Positions 49,862-61,269 of a DNA stretch of 64,000 bases are shown here, one piece after another. The stretch is taken from contig ML992504.1 in assembly GCA_010093995.1 (NCBI GenBank), positions 1,725,394-1,789,393 of the forward strand, read 5' to 3'. Source of the stretch: Elsinoe ampelina. Lineage: Eukaryota. The notes beneath the pieces were generated by a model. The model worked only from the letters and a program-made list of their open reading frames with translations, did no database searches and was not told where the DNA came from. The first letter of the stretch is position 1; each line of letters starts with the position of its first letter. Made by a program: the position numbers and the translations under genes.

Positions 49862-52161
49862 ATGGATTCTACACCTACCAGAGGCACCAAGGGTACAGCA
49901 GACGAGGCATTTCACGCACCCCGCCGCATCCGACCTTTACACGAGGATGTCGTCAACAAGATCGCCGCCGGAGAAATCATCGTCGCTCCTGTACACGCCG
50001 TCAAGGAGCTGATTGAGAACGCTGTTGATGCTGGAGCCACGTCGCTGGAGGTGCTTGTCAAGGACGGTGGGCTGAAGCTGCTTCAGATTACCGACAATGG
50101 CTGCGGCATCAACGTGAGTACATCCATGGCTAGCAGATGTCTACAGAATCTGGCGGAGGTGGTAGTGCTACCACCATGATACCGTCATTGGTATCGATTT
50201 GCAAATATTGCCCTTGTTCTGTCCGAGACATTCTGCTGACTCAACTGATACAGAGAGACGATCTCCCCATCCTATGTGAACGACATACTACCAGCAAGCT
50301 CAAAGTCTTCGAGGATCTGACTTCCATCGGCACCTATGGCTTCCGTGGTGAGGCTCTGGCAAGTATCAGTCACATAGCGCATCTCACAGTGACCACCAAG
50401 ACTCAAGACTCGCCTACCGCTTTCAAAGCTTACTATCTTGGTGGCAAGCTGGCTCCCCCGAAGCCTGGACAACCTCCCGACCCCAAGCCATGTGCTGGTA
50501 GGCAGGGAACACAAATCCAGGTCGAGGATCTGTTCTACAACGTACCGAACCGAAAGAACGCCTTTCGATCCCCCAGTGAAGAGTACGCAAAGATCTTGGA
50601 ACAGATTGGTCGTTACTCTGTCCACTGCAAAGGTGTCGCTTTTTCTTGCAAGAAGCATGGCGAATCAGGCACATCACTATCGATACCCGCTCACGCCGAC
50701 ATTATCGATCGCATCAGACTAGTGCACAATAGTGCCATAGCCAACGAGCTGTTCGAGGTCAAGGTGGCCAACGACATGCTGGGCTTCACTTCCGAGGGCT
50801 GGGCCAGCAGCGCGAACTACTCAGGCAAGAAGACCAACCTGCTACTTTTCATCAATCACAGGTCGGTCGAATCTTCAGCTATTCGCAAAGCAATAGAGCA
50901 AACCTACCAGCCTTTCCTTCCTCGCTCCGGCCATCCTTTCGTTTATCTGAGCCTGGAGATAGATCCTGGTAGGGTCGATGTCAATGTTCACCCCACGAAA
51001 CGAGAGGTCAACTTTCTCAACGAAGAAGAGATCACTTCTCTAGTCTGTGATGAGATCCGCATGTCATTGGGAAAGGTCGACACTAGTCGCACATTCATGA
51101 CTCAGTCGCTGCTATCTAGCAAACGTCCAACGAACACTACCCCTGCGGCAGACTCACCCATGCCAGATGCCTCAGAGATGGCAGAATCTCCTACAGAAGC
51201 TACACCTTCCCGTCCACCTCAGAACCGCACTCGCAAAACATACGAGAACAACCTCGTCCGAACGGATGATCGAGCTCGCAAGATTACCAGCATGCTGCCT
51301 CCAGCTCGTCCAACATCACCAGAGAAATCTGCAGTTCCCATCGACAGCCCGACTTACACAACCACCACAAAAGAGAACACACTCTGCCGTCTCACTTCTG
51401 TCAAGAACCTCCGTGCTACCGTCAGAGACGATATCCACAACGAGCTCACTACAGCCATTTCGACACACACATTCGTCGGCATTGTTGACTCGTCTCGCCG
51501 CATCGCTGCCGTACAATCAGGTGTGAAGCTACTCCTCATCGACTATGGTATGTTTGCCGCCGAATACTTCTACCAAGTCGGCCTCACAGAATTCGGCAAC
51601 TTCGGTGTCATTCGCCTGGAAACTCCTCTTGATCTAAGAGAGGTCCTCACTATCGGCGCCAAGCACGAGGCCGCGACCATGTCCGACGCTCAACGCAGAA
51701 GCAATCCCAATTTCGACTGGTCCGATGCGATTGAGAGAGTTTACTACCAGCTTGTAGAGCGCAGAGTGATGCTCTCCGAGTATTTCTCCCTCGAGATTAG
51801 CGAGGATGGTCAGCTCGAGGGCTTGCCATTGTTGCTCAAAGGCTACGTCCCCTGCATGGCAAAGATGCCATCATTCCTCCTGAAGCTTGGACCCAAGATC
51901 AATTGGACGGAAGAAGAGGGCTGTTTCGACACCTTCCTGAGAGAGTTGGCGGCGTGGTATACCCCAGAACCTACCGGCAATGATGACGCTGGCGGGGAGA
52001 GCGAAGGACAGGCGGCCAGGAAGGCCTTCTTGGCTCGCTGGATCGAGCACGGCCTGTTTCCTGGTATGAAGTCCAGGCTAATAACTACCAGAGCCCTACG
52101 CAGGGGTACTCTCGAGGTCGCTGACCTCAAAGGCCTGTACAGGGTCTTTGAGCGCTGCTGA
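49862..52161 (+). CDS. MLH1: DNA mismatch repair protein Mlh1
   Basis: [47 protein letters not shown] and the diagnostic C-terminal FERC. Intron 50114-50253. Confidence 0.98.
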
Positions 52162-52287
52162 GCCTTGGCGGCAGGTTTCTGGTAGTACTATAGCATTGCT
52201 GGTAGGTAGATTTCGATGAGCAGGTCATGAGAGCACTCATGAACCCCTTTTCGCCCATAACTTTTCCCGATTATACTACCAAACCCT

Positions 52288-53646
52288 TCACCAACACGAG
52301 ACTGTCCACCAATACCCCACCTGCATCGGTTGTAGCAAGTCCGCGACTCTCCTCCTTTCCTCCTCTTGTCTCCTCCTCTCATCCCCTTCCCTCCTCTCCT
52401 CATCAGTCATCCACACCTCCTTCTTCAACTCCCTATATCTTTCCCTCTCCCGCTGCTCTGCGGCTCGCGAGCACTCTGGTCGTTGCGGCAGCGGTTTGTA
52501 TTGAGGCGGCATGTCCCTGATATATAATCTGTCCAGCCCTCTGACTACGAGCGGAATAATCCCGACCCCTAAAGTCAGGAGTACAAATTCTATGACTGTA
52601 TGATACCACCTCCAGCGTCGTACTGGTCGTGGGCGGACGGAACGGCCTCTGGCGAGTCCACGGCGGCGGTAGTGTCGGGCTTGGGTGTAGGGAGTGGTAG
52701 TAACCTTTGATGTGCGCGGTAAATGCCTGGACAGATAATCGACGAGTCGTGGTGTGTGCGTCACTCGCCTCATTGTGTGGATCAGATGACTTTTCTGGTT
52801 CGACGACGAAGAGAACGGTCTGGAGCATTGCCGGAAGCACTGCGCGGCAAGAAATGGACGCTCTGGTACGCCGATCATAGATCGTGATAGGCGCTTTGTC
52901 ATAAACGCTGCGCCTGCAGTGCCCCACCATCTGGTCTGGGAAGCTCTTTGCTTTGACACCTCGATGTATCGGTGGAAGTGCTGTGTCATGATACAGGCTC
53001 GTCCGGGGCTAACCGTCGGCATTCGAAAGCATATTGGTGTCTCATACGTGAAGGTGAAGGGCGTTCGACGGGCGACCGTCGGCATCTGGTAGGATATTGG
53101 TGTCCGATACATGGAGGCGAGCATTCGACGGCCAGAGAGTGTGGTAGAGGTCAATCTGAGCGATGATAGACCTCTCGACACCAAGACACTGATCAGTGAT
53201 GGTGACATACTGGCTTGGAAAAGTGGGTCTCGTTCTCTCAGACAGTATAATGGTGGGCCTCTGGTAGGACGATGCTTGGTCTCTGGTAGTATGGTGCTGG
53301 GTTTCTGGTAGTACGATGTTTGGGCTCTGGTAGTATGATGCTGAATGTCTGGTAGAACGACGGTGTGTGTTTGGTAGTACTGAGTGTGTTTGGTGGTACT
53401 GAGTGTGTTATAGATTGGTGGTAGTGACGGAGAGCACCAAACGGTGACGACGACGGGGCTTATATAAGACTGCAGATTTTCAATAATGAAGCAGTATGAG
53501 TCAGAGTTTGCAGCGGAAGAAGAATGGACAGACAATTTTGAAATGTAGCGTTTGATGTTGGAAGGTTCGCAAAGTACGGCGGGTGCGTACGAACTTTCAT
53601 ACGGGTCGGATGAATCGAGACCACAGCAAATCGCGCACGTCCACAT
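52288..53646 (-). CDS. Hypothetical Arg-rich protein with one C-terminal hydrophobic segment; true start probably internal
   Basis: 452-codon ORF with no recognisable domain. It has a TM-like stretch (VIEFVLLTLGVGIIPLVV) followed by a charged tail. Confidence 0.4.
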   Translation of the reverse strand: MWTCAICCGLDSSDPYESSYAPAVLCEPSNIKRYISKLSVHSSSAANSDSYCFIIENLQSYISPVVVTVWCSPSLPPIYNTLSTTKHTQYYQTHTVVLPDIQHHTTRAQTSYYQKPSTILPETKHRPTRGPPLYCLRERDPLFQASMSPSLISVLVSRGLSSLRLTSTTLSGRRMLASMYRTPISYQMPTVARRTPFTFTYETPICFRMPTVSPGRACIMTQHFHRYIEVSKQRASQTRWWGTAGAAFMTKRLSRSMIGVPERPFLAAQCFRQCSRPFSSSSNQKSHLIHTMRRVTHTPRLVDYLSRHLPRTSKVTTTPYTQARHYRRRGLARGRSVRPRPVRRWRWYHTVIEFVLLTLGVGIIPLVVRGLDRLYIRDMPPQYKPLPQRPECSRAAEQRERERYRELKKEVWMTDEERREGDERRRQEEERRRVADLLQPMQVGYWWTVSCW

Positions 53647-53763
53647 CTGCTCACAACTGCTCGGTATTGGATAGTTGCTGTAATCTTGTTATTGGAGATT
53701 GACCTTCATACCATTTGAAGAATCTACACAAATGTCATTACTACAGTATCCAGTCAGTTTGTA

Positions 53764-55434
53764 CTACACTCCAGTCCCCTTCTCATTCACCTGCTCAATA
53801 TGCTCCGCACCCTCATCGAAAGCATCCACCTTTGTCTTGTGGAACTGCCTTGCCGGAATCTTCCTGTCGAACAACAGATCCAGCTCGGCGTACGTCCTGC
53901 CTACCGGCTCAGGTACGCGGAAGAAGACGTAGACGATGCACAGGGCGCAGCTTCCAGCCCAGAAGAAGCCGGCATAGTTACCCCAGTCCCAGGCAGTAGG
54001 ATTGATCATGTACGGCGAGATGGTGGACGAGATGATGGCCACGACGATGTACATGGCACGTCCGAGCACTACAGTCTTGACTGCCAGTCGGCGCGTGGGC
54101 AGCTCGGCGACCAGGGAGTAGCAGACTGTTCCGACGGTGAGTTGATACGAAAGAGCCCATCCGAGCATCATTGCGCCAGTAGCGAGTGAGCCAGCCTTGC
54201 GATTCGATTCAGGGACCAACCCGAGGAAGCCCATGACGAAGAGCATGATGAAGAGGAAGCATAGACCGTACAGGTATAGGGACCTACGACCGATGCCCCA
54301 GGACATAAGGAACCAGGCACCGAAGACACCGGCCATGTTGATGCCGTATTGGCCAAGGGCAAAGTCGTAAGAGGTCGAGGTAGGTACGCCGGCTTGCTGG
54401 AGGAAGTATGTGGAAAAATTGCTGAAGTTGTTGCCCGACAAGTTTTGAATGGCCCAGACCATGCAGACGATTTCTGTCCTGCGCAAGTCGGTCCCCTTGA
54501 AACAGTCGAGGTACGAGGCACCGGCGGTGATCTCGTTCTCCAGAGCATTGGTGTGGACCATCATAGACACTGCTTCGTCGGAGTTGAACTCGTCCGTGCC
54601 GTCGTTCTTGCGGGTGGTGAGACGCTCGAGTGACTTCTTTGCCTCGTCGAGTCGACCATTGCGGACAAGCCACCAGGGAGATTCTGGGGCGAAGTAGACG
54701 CCGATCAGGAGAGGGAGGGGCCACATCCATTGAAGTGCGTAGGGGACGCGGTATGCCCACTCGTCCTCCCTGTTCAGCATGGATTTGATCACACCGATGC
54801 CGATGGCCTGGCCGAGACCCCAGCAGAAGTTGACGTAGGTGGTGAGGTAGCCACGGAGAGCGACGGGGCAGACATCTGCGGCGTAGGAGATGGTGAGAGT
54901 CTGGAAGACACCCCATGGGATTCCGCAGAGAATCGAGGCCGCCAGCAGGGCACCGACGTTCTGGGCGGTGAAGTAGATGGAGATGAATGCGATCAAGCAG
55001 ACCAAGCTGCCCATGAGTGTGTACCGGTAGCCAATTCTTTCAGAGATCCAACCGTTCAGGATCAAGCCAATGATCTCGCCCACGTTGATACCATTGCTGA
55101 GACCTGACTGCCAAGGAGCTGAAATCTGGTATGTGCCATCTGGGCCCAGGGTACCGTACTTCTCATTGAATTGAGGAAATGCATAGAAGTTGGACAGCAG
55201 GGAGATGTCGTAGCCCTCCATGGCAATACAGGTGGAGATCAAGACGGACCAGCCGATTGCCTTTGGGTACAGCTTGATGCCCTGCCACAGGGTCATCTTA
55301 TGCTCTTTGTCCGTGGCATTCTTCGCGCCGGAGATGAGAAAGGCATTGGCCTTGACCGAGTCGAGGTTGTCGGGGTGGTCTGGCATGACTTCTGGCGCAA
55401 CGGCCTCTTTCTCGTTGTGGACTGCGGGTGCCAT
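53764..55434 (-). CDS. MFS sugar porter, maltose/alpha-glucoside permease family
   Basis: Intronless 556-aa ORF with MEGYD, CPVALRGYLTTYVN, PESPWWLVR, CFKGTDLRRTE and PEPVGRTYAELD motifs. Confidence 0.95.
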   Translation of the reverse strand: MAPAVHNEKEAVAPEVMPDHPDNLDSVKANAFLISGAKNATDKEHKMTLWQGIKLYPKAIGWSVLISTCIAMEGYDISLLSNFYAFPQFNEKYGTLGPDGTYQISAPWQSGLSNGINVGEIIGLILNGWISERIGYRYTLMGSLVCLIAFISIYFTAQNVGALLAASILCGIPWGVFQTLTISYAADVCPVALRGYLTTYVNFCWGLGQAIGIGVIKSMLNREDEWAYRVPYALQWMWPLPLLIGVYFAPESPWWLVRNGRLDEAKKSLERLTTRKNDGTDEFNSDEAVSMMVHTNALENEITAGASYLDCFKGTDLRRTEIVCMVWAIQNLSGNNFSNFSTYFLQQAGVPTSTSYDFALGQYGINMAGVFGAWFLMSWGIGRRSLYLYGLCFLFIMLFVMGFLGLVPESNRKAGSLATGAMMLGWALSYQLTVGTVCYSLVAELPTRRLAVKTVVLGRAMYIVVAIISSTISPYMINPTAWDWGNYAGFFWAGSCALCIVYVFFRVPEPVGRTYAELDLLFDRKIPARQFHKTKVDAFDEGAEHIEQVNEKGTGV

Positions 55435-55500
55435 GTTTTGGAGTGCTGCTCAGGACAGGCGAGGGAGGAGCGGTAGTGACAATCGCGTCGGGAAGACGTC

Positions 55501-55992
55501 GCGGGGCCGATTGATCATCTTTAACCACAACACTCGCTCAAAGACAAAATTTCCAAGAAGGCGGGGAAGGTCCAGGTCTCATTTGCCGATCGTCAGGACG
55601 AGCAAATCAAAGGCCGTCAATTTTGCCCGAACCAGGAAGCCGGACAAGAATGCGGCCCAAGCGCTGTCTCGTCGTGTCTGCGGGTGGGACCGGGGAGCAC
55701 CGAGAAGATTCGAGCACGCGACGGTGTGACTGCTTCTCTCCTGATTCTGCAGACCGATCTGCAGCGTGTCATCGAGGCCAAGGCACCACGGCGTTTGACA
55801 TTGTCACATGGATGAACATTAAAGCATCCGACCGAGCTTCGCCACCAATGAGATGCTTGCTTCATACGCGGGTCTGGGGTATCTCCAGTGGCTGCAGCAT
55901 AGCGGGGGCCCCATGGCGGAGGGTTGTGCATGGGTGCAAAGGCCGACGTGACTTTGAGGGGAAAGAGCCGACTTCATTCATGCATGGCGGAG
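55501..55992. promoter_or_regulatory. Cluster of CreA/Mig1-type SYGGRG sites upstream of the permease
   Basis: Eight matches, at 55501, 55561, 55690, 55874, 55883 (reverse), 55902, 55916 and 55987. Confidence 0.5.
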
Positions 55993-56244
55993 CGGGCATA
56001 CGATGAGCCTTTGTGTATAGCCTTGGTTCGACTGCACGCCACTTTCTCACGACTGCGTAACCGCTGCCTCAATATGGAGCAAGCAAGCTTCTGTACCTGA
56101 TATGCAAGTGCGATGTATTCAGAAGATCAAGTTCATGGCTACCGGATCAGCATCATGGCAAGAGGCGAATCCGAAGGTGAGGGTGAAGAGGAGGGTGGGG
56201 GTGTCTGAAAGGATGATATGAACTTGAAGACGATGATCAGGCTG

Positions 56245-56922
56245 GGGCCCTCTTCCACTTGAAAGAGGGGAGTCAATACTGCCAACTATCTACAGAGAAT
56301 CAAAGAACATCAAAGGCTTACCTTCCAATGATGACAGGAGATGCTAGCTTCACCTTGACCGACCACTGCCACAAGACAGGATCCGACCAAGGCTACTGAC
56401 ACTCTGCGCCAATTGAGGGCCAACTCCTAGATTTGCAGAGCGCGGAAGAGGAAAATTCAACTCGATTGATCTTGCGACCAGGAGTGACAGCCAAGAACCG
56501 ACAGGGCGCTCTCTACGCAGCTTTTAAGCTGGGTGCCACAAGGACACGGAGGATGAGGGGTGGCATGCACTGTGACCTGTGCAACGGAAGAGAATTGAGG
56601 GTGCGATGACTAGGAAATATGCAACGACCCCGAAGGGAACGCTACAGGCGCTTAAACAACTTCTGCAAACGACACCACCACCCGTGCCTCTTCATTTTGT
56701 AACATGACTCCTTACGGCATTGCTCTCGGTACTACCTCAAGCGAACGCGCGTCGGTGTGTCGATGTAAAACTCCATGTCGAAGTCGGTGCGATAAGTGAA
56801 GTATTCGAAGGATCTCAATGAACTCAAGTGCAGGACCGATCGGCGTTCGTGGCAAGCTAAGTGAGTAAACTGATGGGAAAGAAAAAGGGAAGGAGTGAAG
56901 AGGGGAGGAGAGGTGTTATATA
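56245..56922 (-). ncRNA. Candidate structured non-coding RNA of unknown class
   Basis: Minus-strand TATATAA (56916-56922) and pyrimidine tract. No ORF of 60 aa or more in the track. Several G-U-containing stems with UUCG/GNRA tetraloops. Confidence 0.35.
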
Positions 56923-57673
56923 CAGCAGAGACGGGAACGAGATCAACCGGAAGAAAGGTATTGCCGTGAAGAGACAGGTGCAGCTAAACTGATTCGAGCC
57001 ATGATATGAACGAGAAGCTTCTGTCAGAAGTGATTACCTTTACCGCTAAACCAGTCCAGTGAGTGCGACCTGTCAAAGGCGAACAGCCTTTGACTACCAA
57101 GAGCTTATACCACCTTCAGTTCGAAACAAGGCAAGAAGTCGAAACGTGAGAGCGGAGCAGACCGTGACGAAAGCGGACCATGGAGACACGGCCTGCCTTT
57201 GAGATTGATCGAGAATACTACCAGAACCCGCTGAATCGTGATCTTATCGATGTCCTTGCCATCAATCCTTCGTGCAACACTTTCGACCACCAGTCGAACG
57301 TAGTGGAACCATAGCAATGATTCCTAACAGAATGTGGACCTTCCAGACGGCCCGCAAAGTCAGAAAGGGGCATTTGGAAGCCGACTCCACCACACCTCAC
57401 CAGTCTTGGCGGTGTTCGGAGACAAGCTCTCCTGATTGGGTGAAGACAGGTGTGCATCACGGCGGAGAAGGCCAGCGTCGAAGGCCATGGAAATGTTGGT
57501 CGGTGACCGCCTCTGGCAGTATACTTGTTCGCGGTCCGTGAGGGGAGCATTTTGCCTGAGGCATGAAGTGACAGGTCTAATGCTCGGCGAGACGGTTACC
57601 AGTGTGTCGTGACGAGGGTATGCTCATGTAGATAGTCGAGGTGTGTCAACAGGTCCAAAGCATCGATACATTC

Positions 57674-59310
57674 CTACTGAGGAAGATACTTGCTCCTCAG
57701 CGCCTGGCTAAAAGTGCTCATCCTACTCGCAATGTTACCATGCTGCATGTTGCTCAACAACGCATCCTCCAAAGCCGACTGTGTGACGCTCGCATCTGTT
57801 GATGTCAGTGAGTCCAATGATCGATGCGTGCCATGCCGCTTACCATCAAGATCACTGAAGCTGCTGCCCATACTAGGTGTCCCCTCGCTTCCCTCTTTGC
57901 TCGTCCTCCCACTCAAGCGCCCTAATTCAGCTCGATGCTTCGGGCTGAGGGCACCTGGTCCCTGTAGCTGACCTCCAGAACGCTTGTCGCCAACGTTGCC
58001 TGGCATGGCGGCCTTTGCTGCGGACTGACCAGGTGTAGATTGTGTCCGCGACATCCTGCTTGGTCCTGCAGCTGGACCAAAGGTTTTCGTCGTTCGGTAG
58101 GTTGGGGCATTCGCAGAACTCTGGGACGAAGCAAGAGGGACTCGTCTCACATGAGGTGCTGACTCTGCTGACGATGTGGACGATAGCACCTCCTGTCTCA
58201 ATTGTGGCGTATGGTCGGCAGTCTTGGCGCCGGAGCCCGTGCGGAGAGTAGCGGCAGGGTCAGTGTCTCGACTAGCTGGTCTACCAGTATCTTTATTGCT
58301 GTGGCCGATCACAGGGACATCATCGTCATGTCTGCTCGCAAATGGCAAGTAGCCAGCACTGGAATCATCGTCCTCGTCGTCTTCGGCATCACCGTCGGAC
58401 GAGATTGTGCGGAGGTCTGGTGGACGCCGAAAAACCTGAGACTTTGCAACTGACGGATGAATTGGTGCATCCTCATCTGATGAAGAGAGCGTGGATGAGG
58501 ACGAGACGATCGGTGGTGAGGAAGAGTCTTCGGCATTGATATTCTCCAAGACAATGGGCTTGCGATGGGAGCCAAAGGACGAGCGGAATGATCGCGCAGG
58601 CTGACCATCTCTTGGAGATGTAGGCATGGCCAGGCGAGATTGAGTGACAGTGCGTGTCGAAGGTGTTCTGGATATCGTCGTCGGTGCATTCGCACGAGCT
58701 GAAGAAGTGATCGAGCCACTAGGCAGCTGTGGGCTGTCTCTGGAGTGCATCGAAAGTGCCGAAGGTGCACGAGACTGTCTGCTTCCTGGGCGCTGCTGTT
58801 GACTCGAGCCTGGTGGGATGCTTCCAATACCGTCCTGTGCGGGTACAGGTGATGAGGAGTTGGAAGTTCCAAGCTTCTTCATCTGTGCCCGCATTTGAGC
58901 AAAATGGCGCTCGTAAAGCCATGCTGCTTGCTGAAGAAGGAACGGAAGCGAGACTTGAAACTTGTTGGACCTAGATCATGCTGTTAGTCAAGGATATCGA
59001 AGCTGGTGTCCATCAACCACTGACAATTCAGGCCCTGTGATTTGTTAGCGATGACCTGGCAATCTGAGACACACATACAGTTGAGGTCTTTGCTGTTAGC
59101 TGCCTTTGATATCAATTTCCACAAAGCTGCATCCTTGGTGGTATCCCAGTCGACCTGAAAGCCTGTCAGTCATATTGCCAGCCCATGCAGAGAAGGCGGC
59201 AGTACAGGAGGCGGATCGACAAAGTCGCCACGAGGGAATGGCAGCCGGATGAGGCAAGTATACTGTGGGCGGGCAGCAGTTGCTGGCACATCGATTCTAG
59301 TCGTGGCCAT
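57674..59310 (-). CDS. ATG29: Autophagy-related protein Atg29
   Basis: Spliced N-terminus YTCLIRLPFPRGDFVDPPP/VDWDTTKDAALWKLIS..DLN/WPEL/SNKFQVSLPFLLQQAAWLYER. C-terminal PSMGSSFSDLD/DASVTQSALEDAL. Confidence 0.92.
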
Positions 59311-59572
59311 GATACAGATCGAGGAGGCGCGAAAGGATGGAGAATCACATCTGATGAAAGGAAAGGCGTTGCGTTGCTATTGATGGAGTGTTGGGCAACA
59401 GGGACAAATCGGAGCGGAGAAAGACAACGCACGTGACTTTGTGTGAGTTCTTGGCAAAAGCAATCACGGTCGACGGTGGTGAGTCTGACCAAGATTTGTG
59501 GCAGTCTGGCTGCATAGGTTCGCTTGATCGAAGCCTACGGATTCTATTTTTGTTTGATGCCTTCAGATATAT

Positions 59573-60774
59573 CTATCCTACATCCCCAGCCCCTCTCTCA
59601 AACACCTTCACGCCTCCATCCAGACCAACTCTATACAGAGCCTCCATCTCTCGACCCTCCTCTTCGCCTGCAGCGCCCTTGACATGGTCCTTGCGATCAG
59701 TGAATCCAAGTTCACCCTCCTCCAGCTCCTCATCCCATCCTCCACCCCTCCTCACCGTCACCACTCCAGACACATCCCTCGCCGTCCCCGTCTCCAACCC
59801 TTTGACACTCATCACCCACTTCGCCTGATGAGCTTGCCCCACCAAGAAAGCAGCATGATCAATTTCCAGCGGAGTGATTTTCCCTTCACCGCCGCCCTCC
59901 CTCACCGAATGGAGGTAGTCACCTGCGGACAGGAAGGCATCAGGAGCAGAGGCGGCGAGAAAGGGTGAGTCGGCCTCGGTGACAAGCAGGGTCGAGTGGA
60001 CTCGTGATCGAAGAGATAGGATAAAGGACGAGAGTGTCGTGGGAGTGATGTCCGGGACGGCCGCGAGGAGGAGAGTGGGGGAGTCGAGGATGAGGAAGAC
60101 GGAGCGGGAAGGGGCCTGGAGGGAAGTGATGGCCGATGTGATCGTGGCGAGTGTCGAGGAGAGAGCGGGTGACGTTACATGCGTGATACCTGGTATGATT
60201 TGTCTTGTCGGGCTGGTGACATGGGGCTTGTCAGGTGTCGTGACGGATGGTGGAGCTCGGGAGGGGACTGGGCTTCGGTGCGGTAGAGGCCCTGACCTCG
60301 AAGGTATCGAAGTGGTTCGCGCCTGTGCTGAGGGCGACACCTTTGCCTCTTCAGTTGTGTAGGAAGGAGGTGTGAAAAGATTTGATAGTCCATCAATGAA
60401 TGCGAAGCGCTTCTCTGTAGCTAGACGGGAGAGATCAAGACCCTGTGCAAGCATCAGCAGTCCGCTTGCACCGGCATCGAAGCATGACCTACAGCTCCTC
60501 TTCTCGCATCCGTCTTCCAGAAATCAAAGTCCCTCATCCAGCTGACAAGTACTACTACTACATCATCGTTATCCGTATCGGCGTCCAGTGCCGCATCTTG
60601 TTCCTCTACAAGTGGCCGCCGTTTTGCGGGCTGGCTGAAGAATCGACTCAAAAACCGCGTCGTGACCCAGTGCGGTGTGGCATTGCTTACACCAGTGAGG
60701 AGAAGTAAGGATGCTTCTGGTGGTAATTTGATGTATGCATCGAGCAATGGCGGGATGCGATTGCGTGTAGACAT
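59573..60774 (-). CDS. ELP6: Elongator complex subunit Elp6
   Basis: Intron 60443-60492. Motifs VVLVSWMRDFDFWK, FAFIDGL, GLETGTARDVSGV and LYRVGLDGGVKVFERG are typical of fungal Elp6. Confidence 0.85.
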
Positions 60775-61269
60775 TGAAAATTGAAATGCTAGTTGAAAAT
60801 TTTTAAGGCAAGGTCAGACTTCACGAACAACAGCACTCCACGGAAACAATTTGGTGCACTACCAATGCAAGCATTTCGGAGACAACTGGAATTACTCAAG
60901 GAATGTAAGGCTAGCTCCGACGTGAGCTTTGCGATGACTGCAAGTAAGCGCCCAAGCACATCCTGCCAGGAATGCCCGCCATGCTAGTCGCGATCCCATC
61001 CCCCCGCGAAGTCCAACTTCAACTCGTGCCATGTCTCGGGACTCCCACTAGGCATCTCACTCCTCGCCAGAATGCTTGGCTCCAGCCAGGGGTGTTGGCC
61101 TGTGACCGGAAGCGTATGTCCCACCCAGCGACTTGTGCTTGCCCCTACCACCTCCAGTAACCCCTGCCAGCGTCGTTTGTCCGTACCTATAACCTCATCT
61201 CCATCCTATCAGCAGACCTGCCCTCACACATCCACCTACTTTCCGCTAGCTTGCGCTGCCCCTACTAGC

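Noticed and set aside
56105..56155. TPP riboswitch-like UGAACUUGAUCU...AAUAC on the minus strand
   Set aside because: It lacks the CUGAGA motif, a pairing P5 stem and the downstream GCGAAAGG-type segment, and the neighbouring gene is not thiamine-related.
56328..56399. Plus-strand box C (ATGATGA) and box D (CTGA) snoRNA
   Set aside because: No terminal stem and no rRNA-complementary guide I can recognise; kept only as an alternative to test with snoscan.
56610..56620. snR30/U17 m1-like motif (AUAUUUCCUA) on the minus strand
   Set aside because: It has one extra U, and there is no partner AAACCAU motif or properly placed ACA box.
55435..57673. Telomerase RNA in the 2.2-kb intergenic region
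   Set aside because: The size and hairpins are suggestive, but I found no TAACCCTAA-type template on either strand and no convincing P6.1 element.
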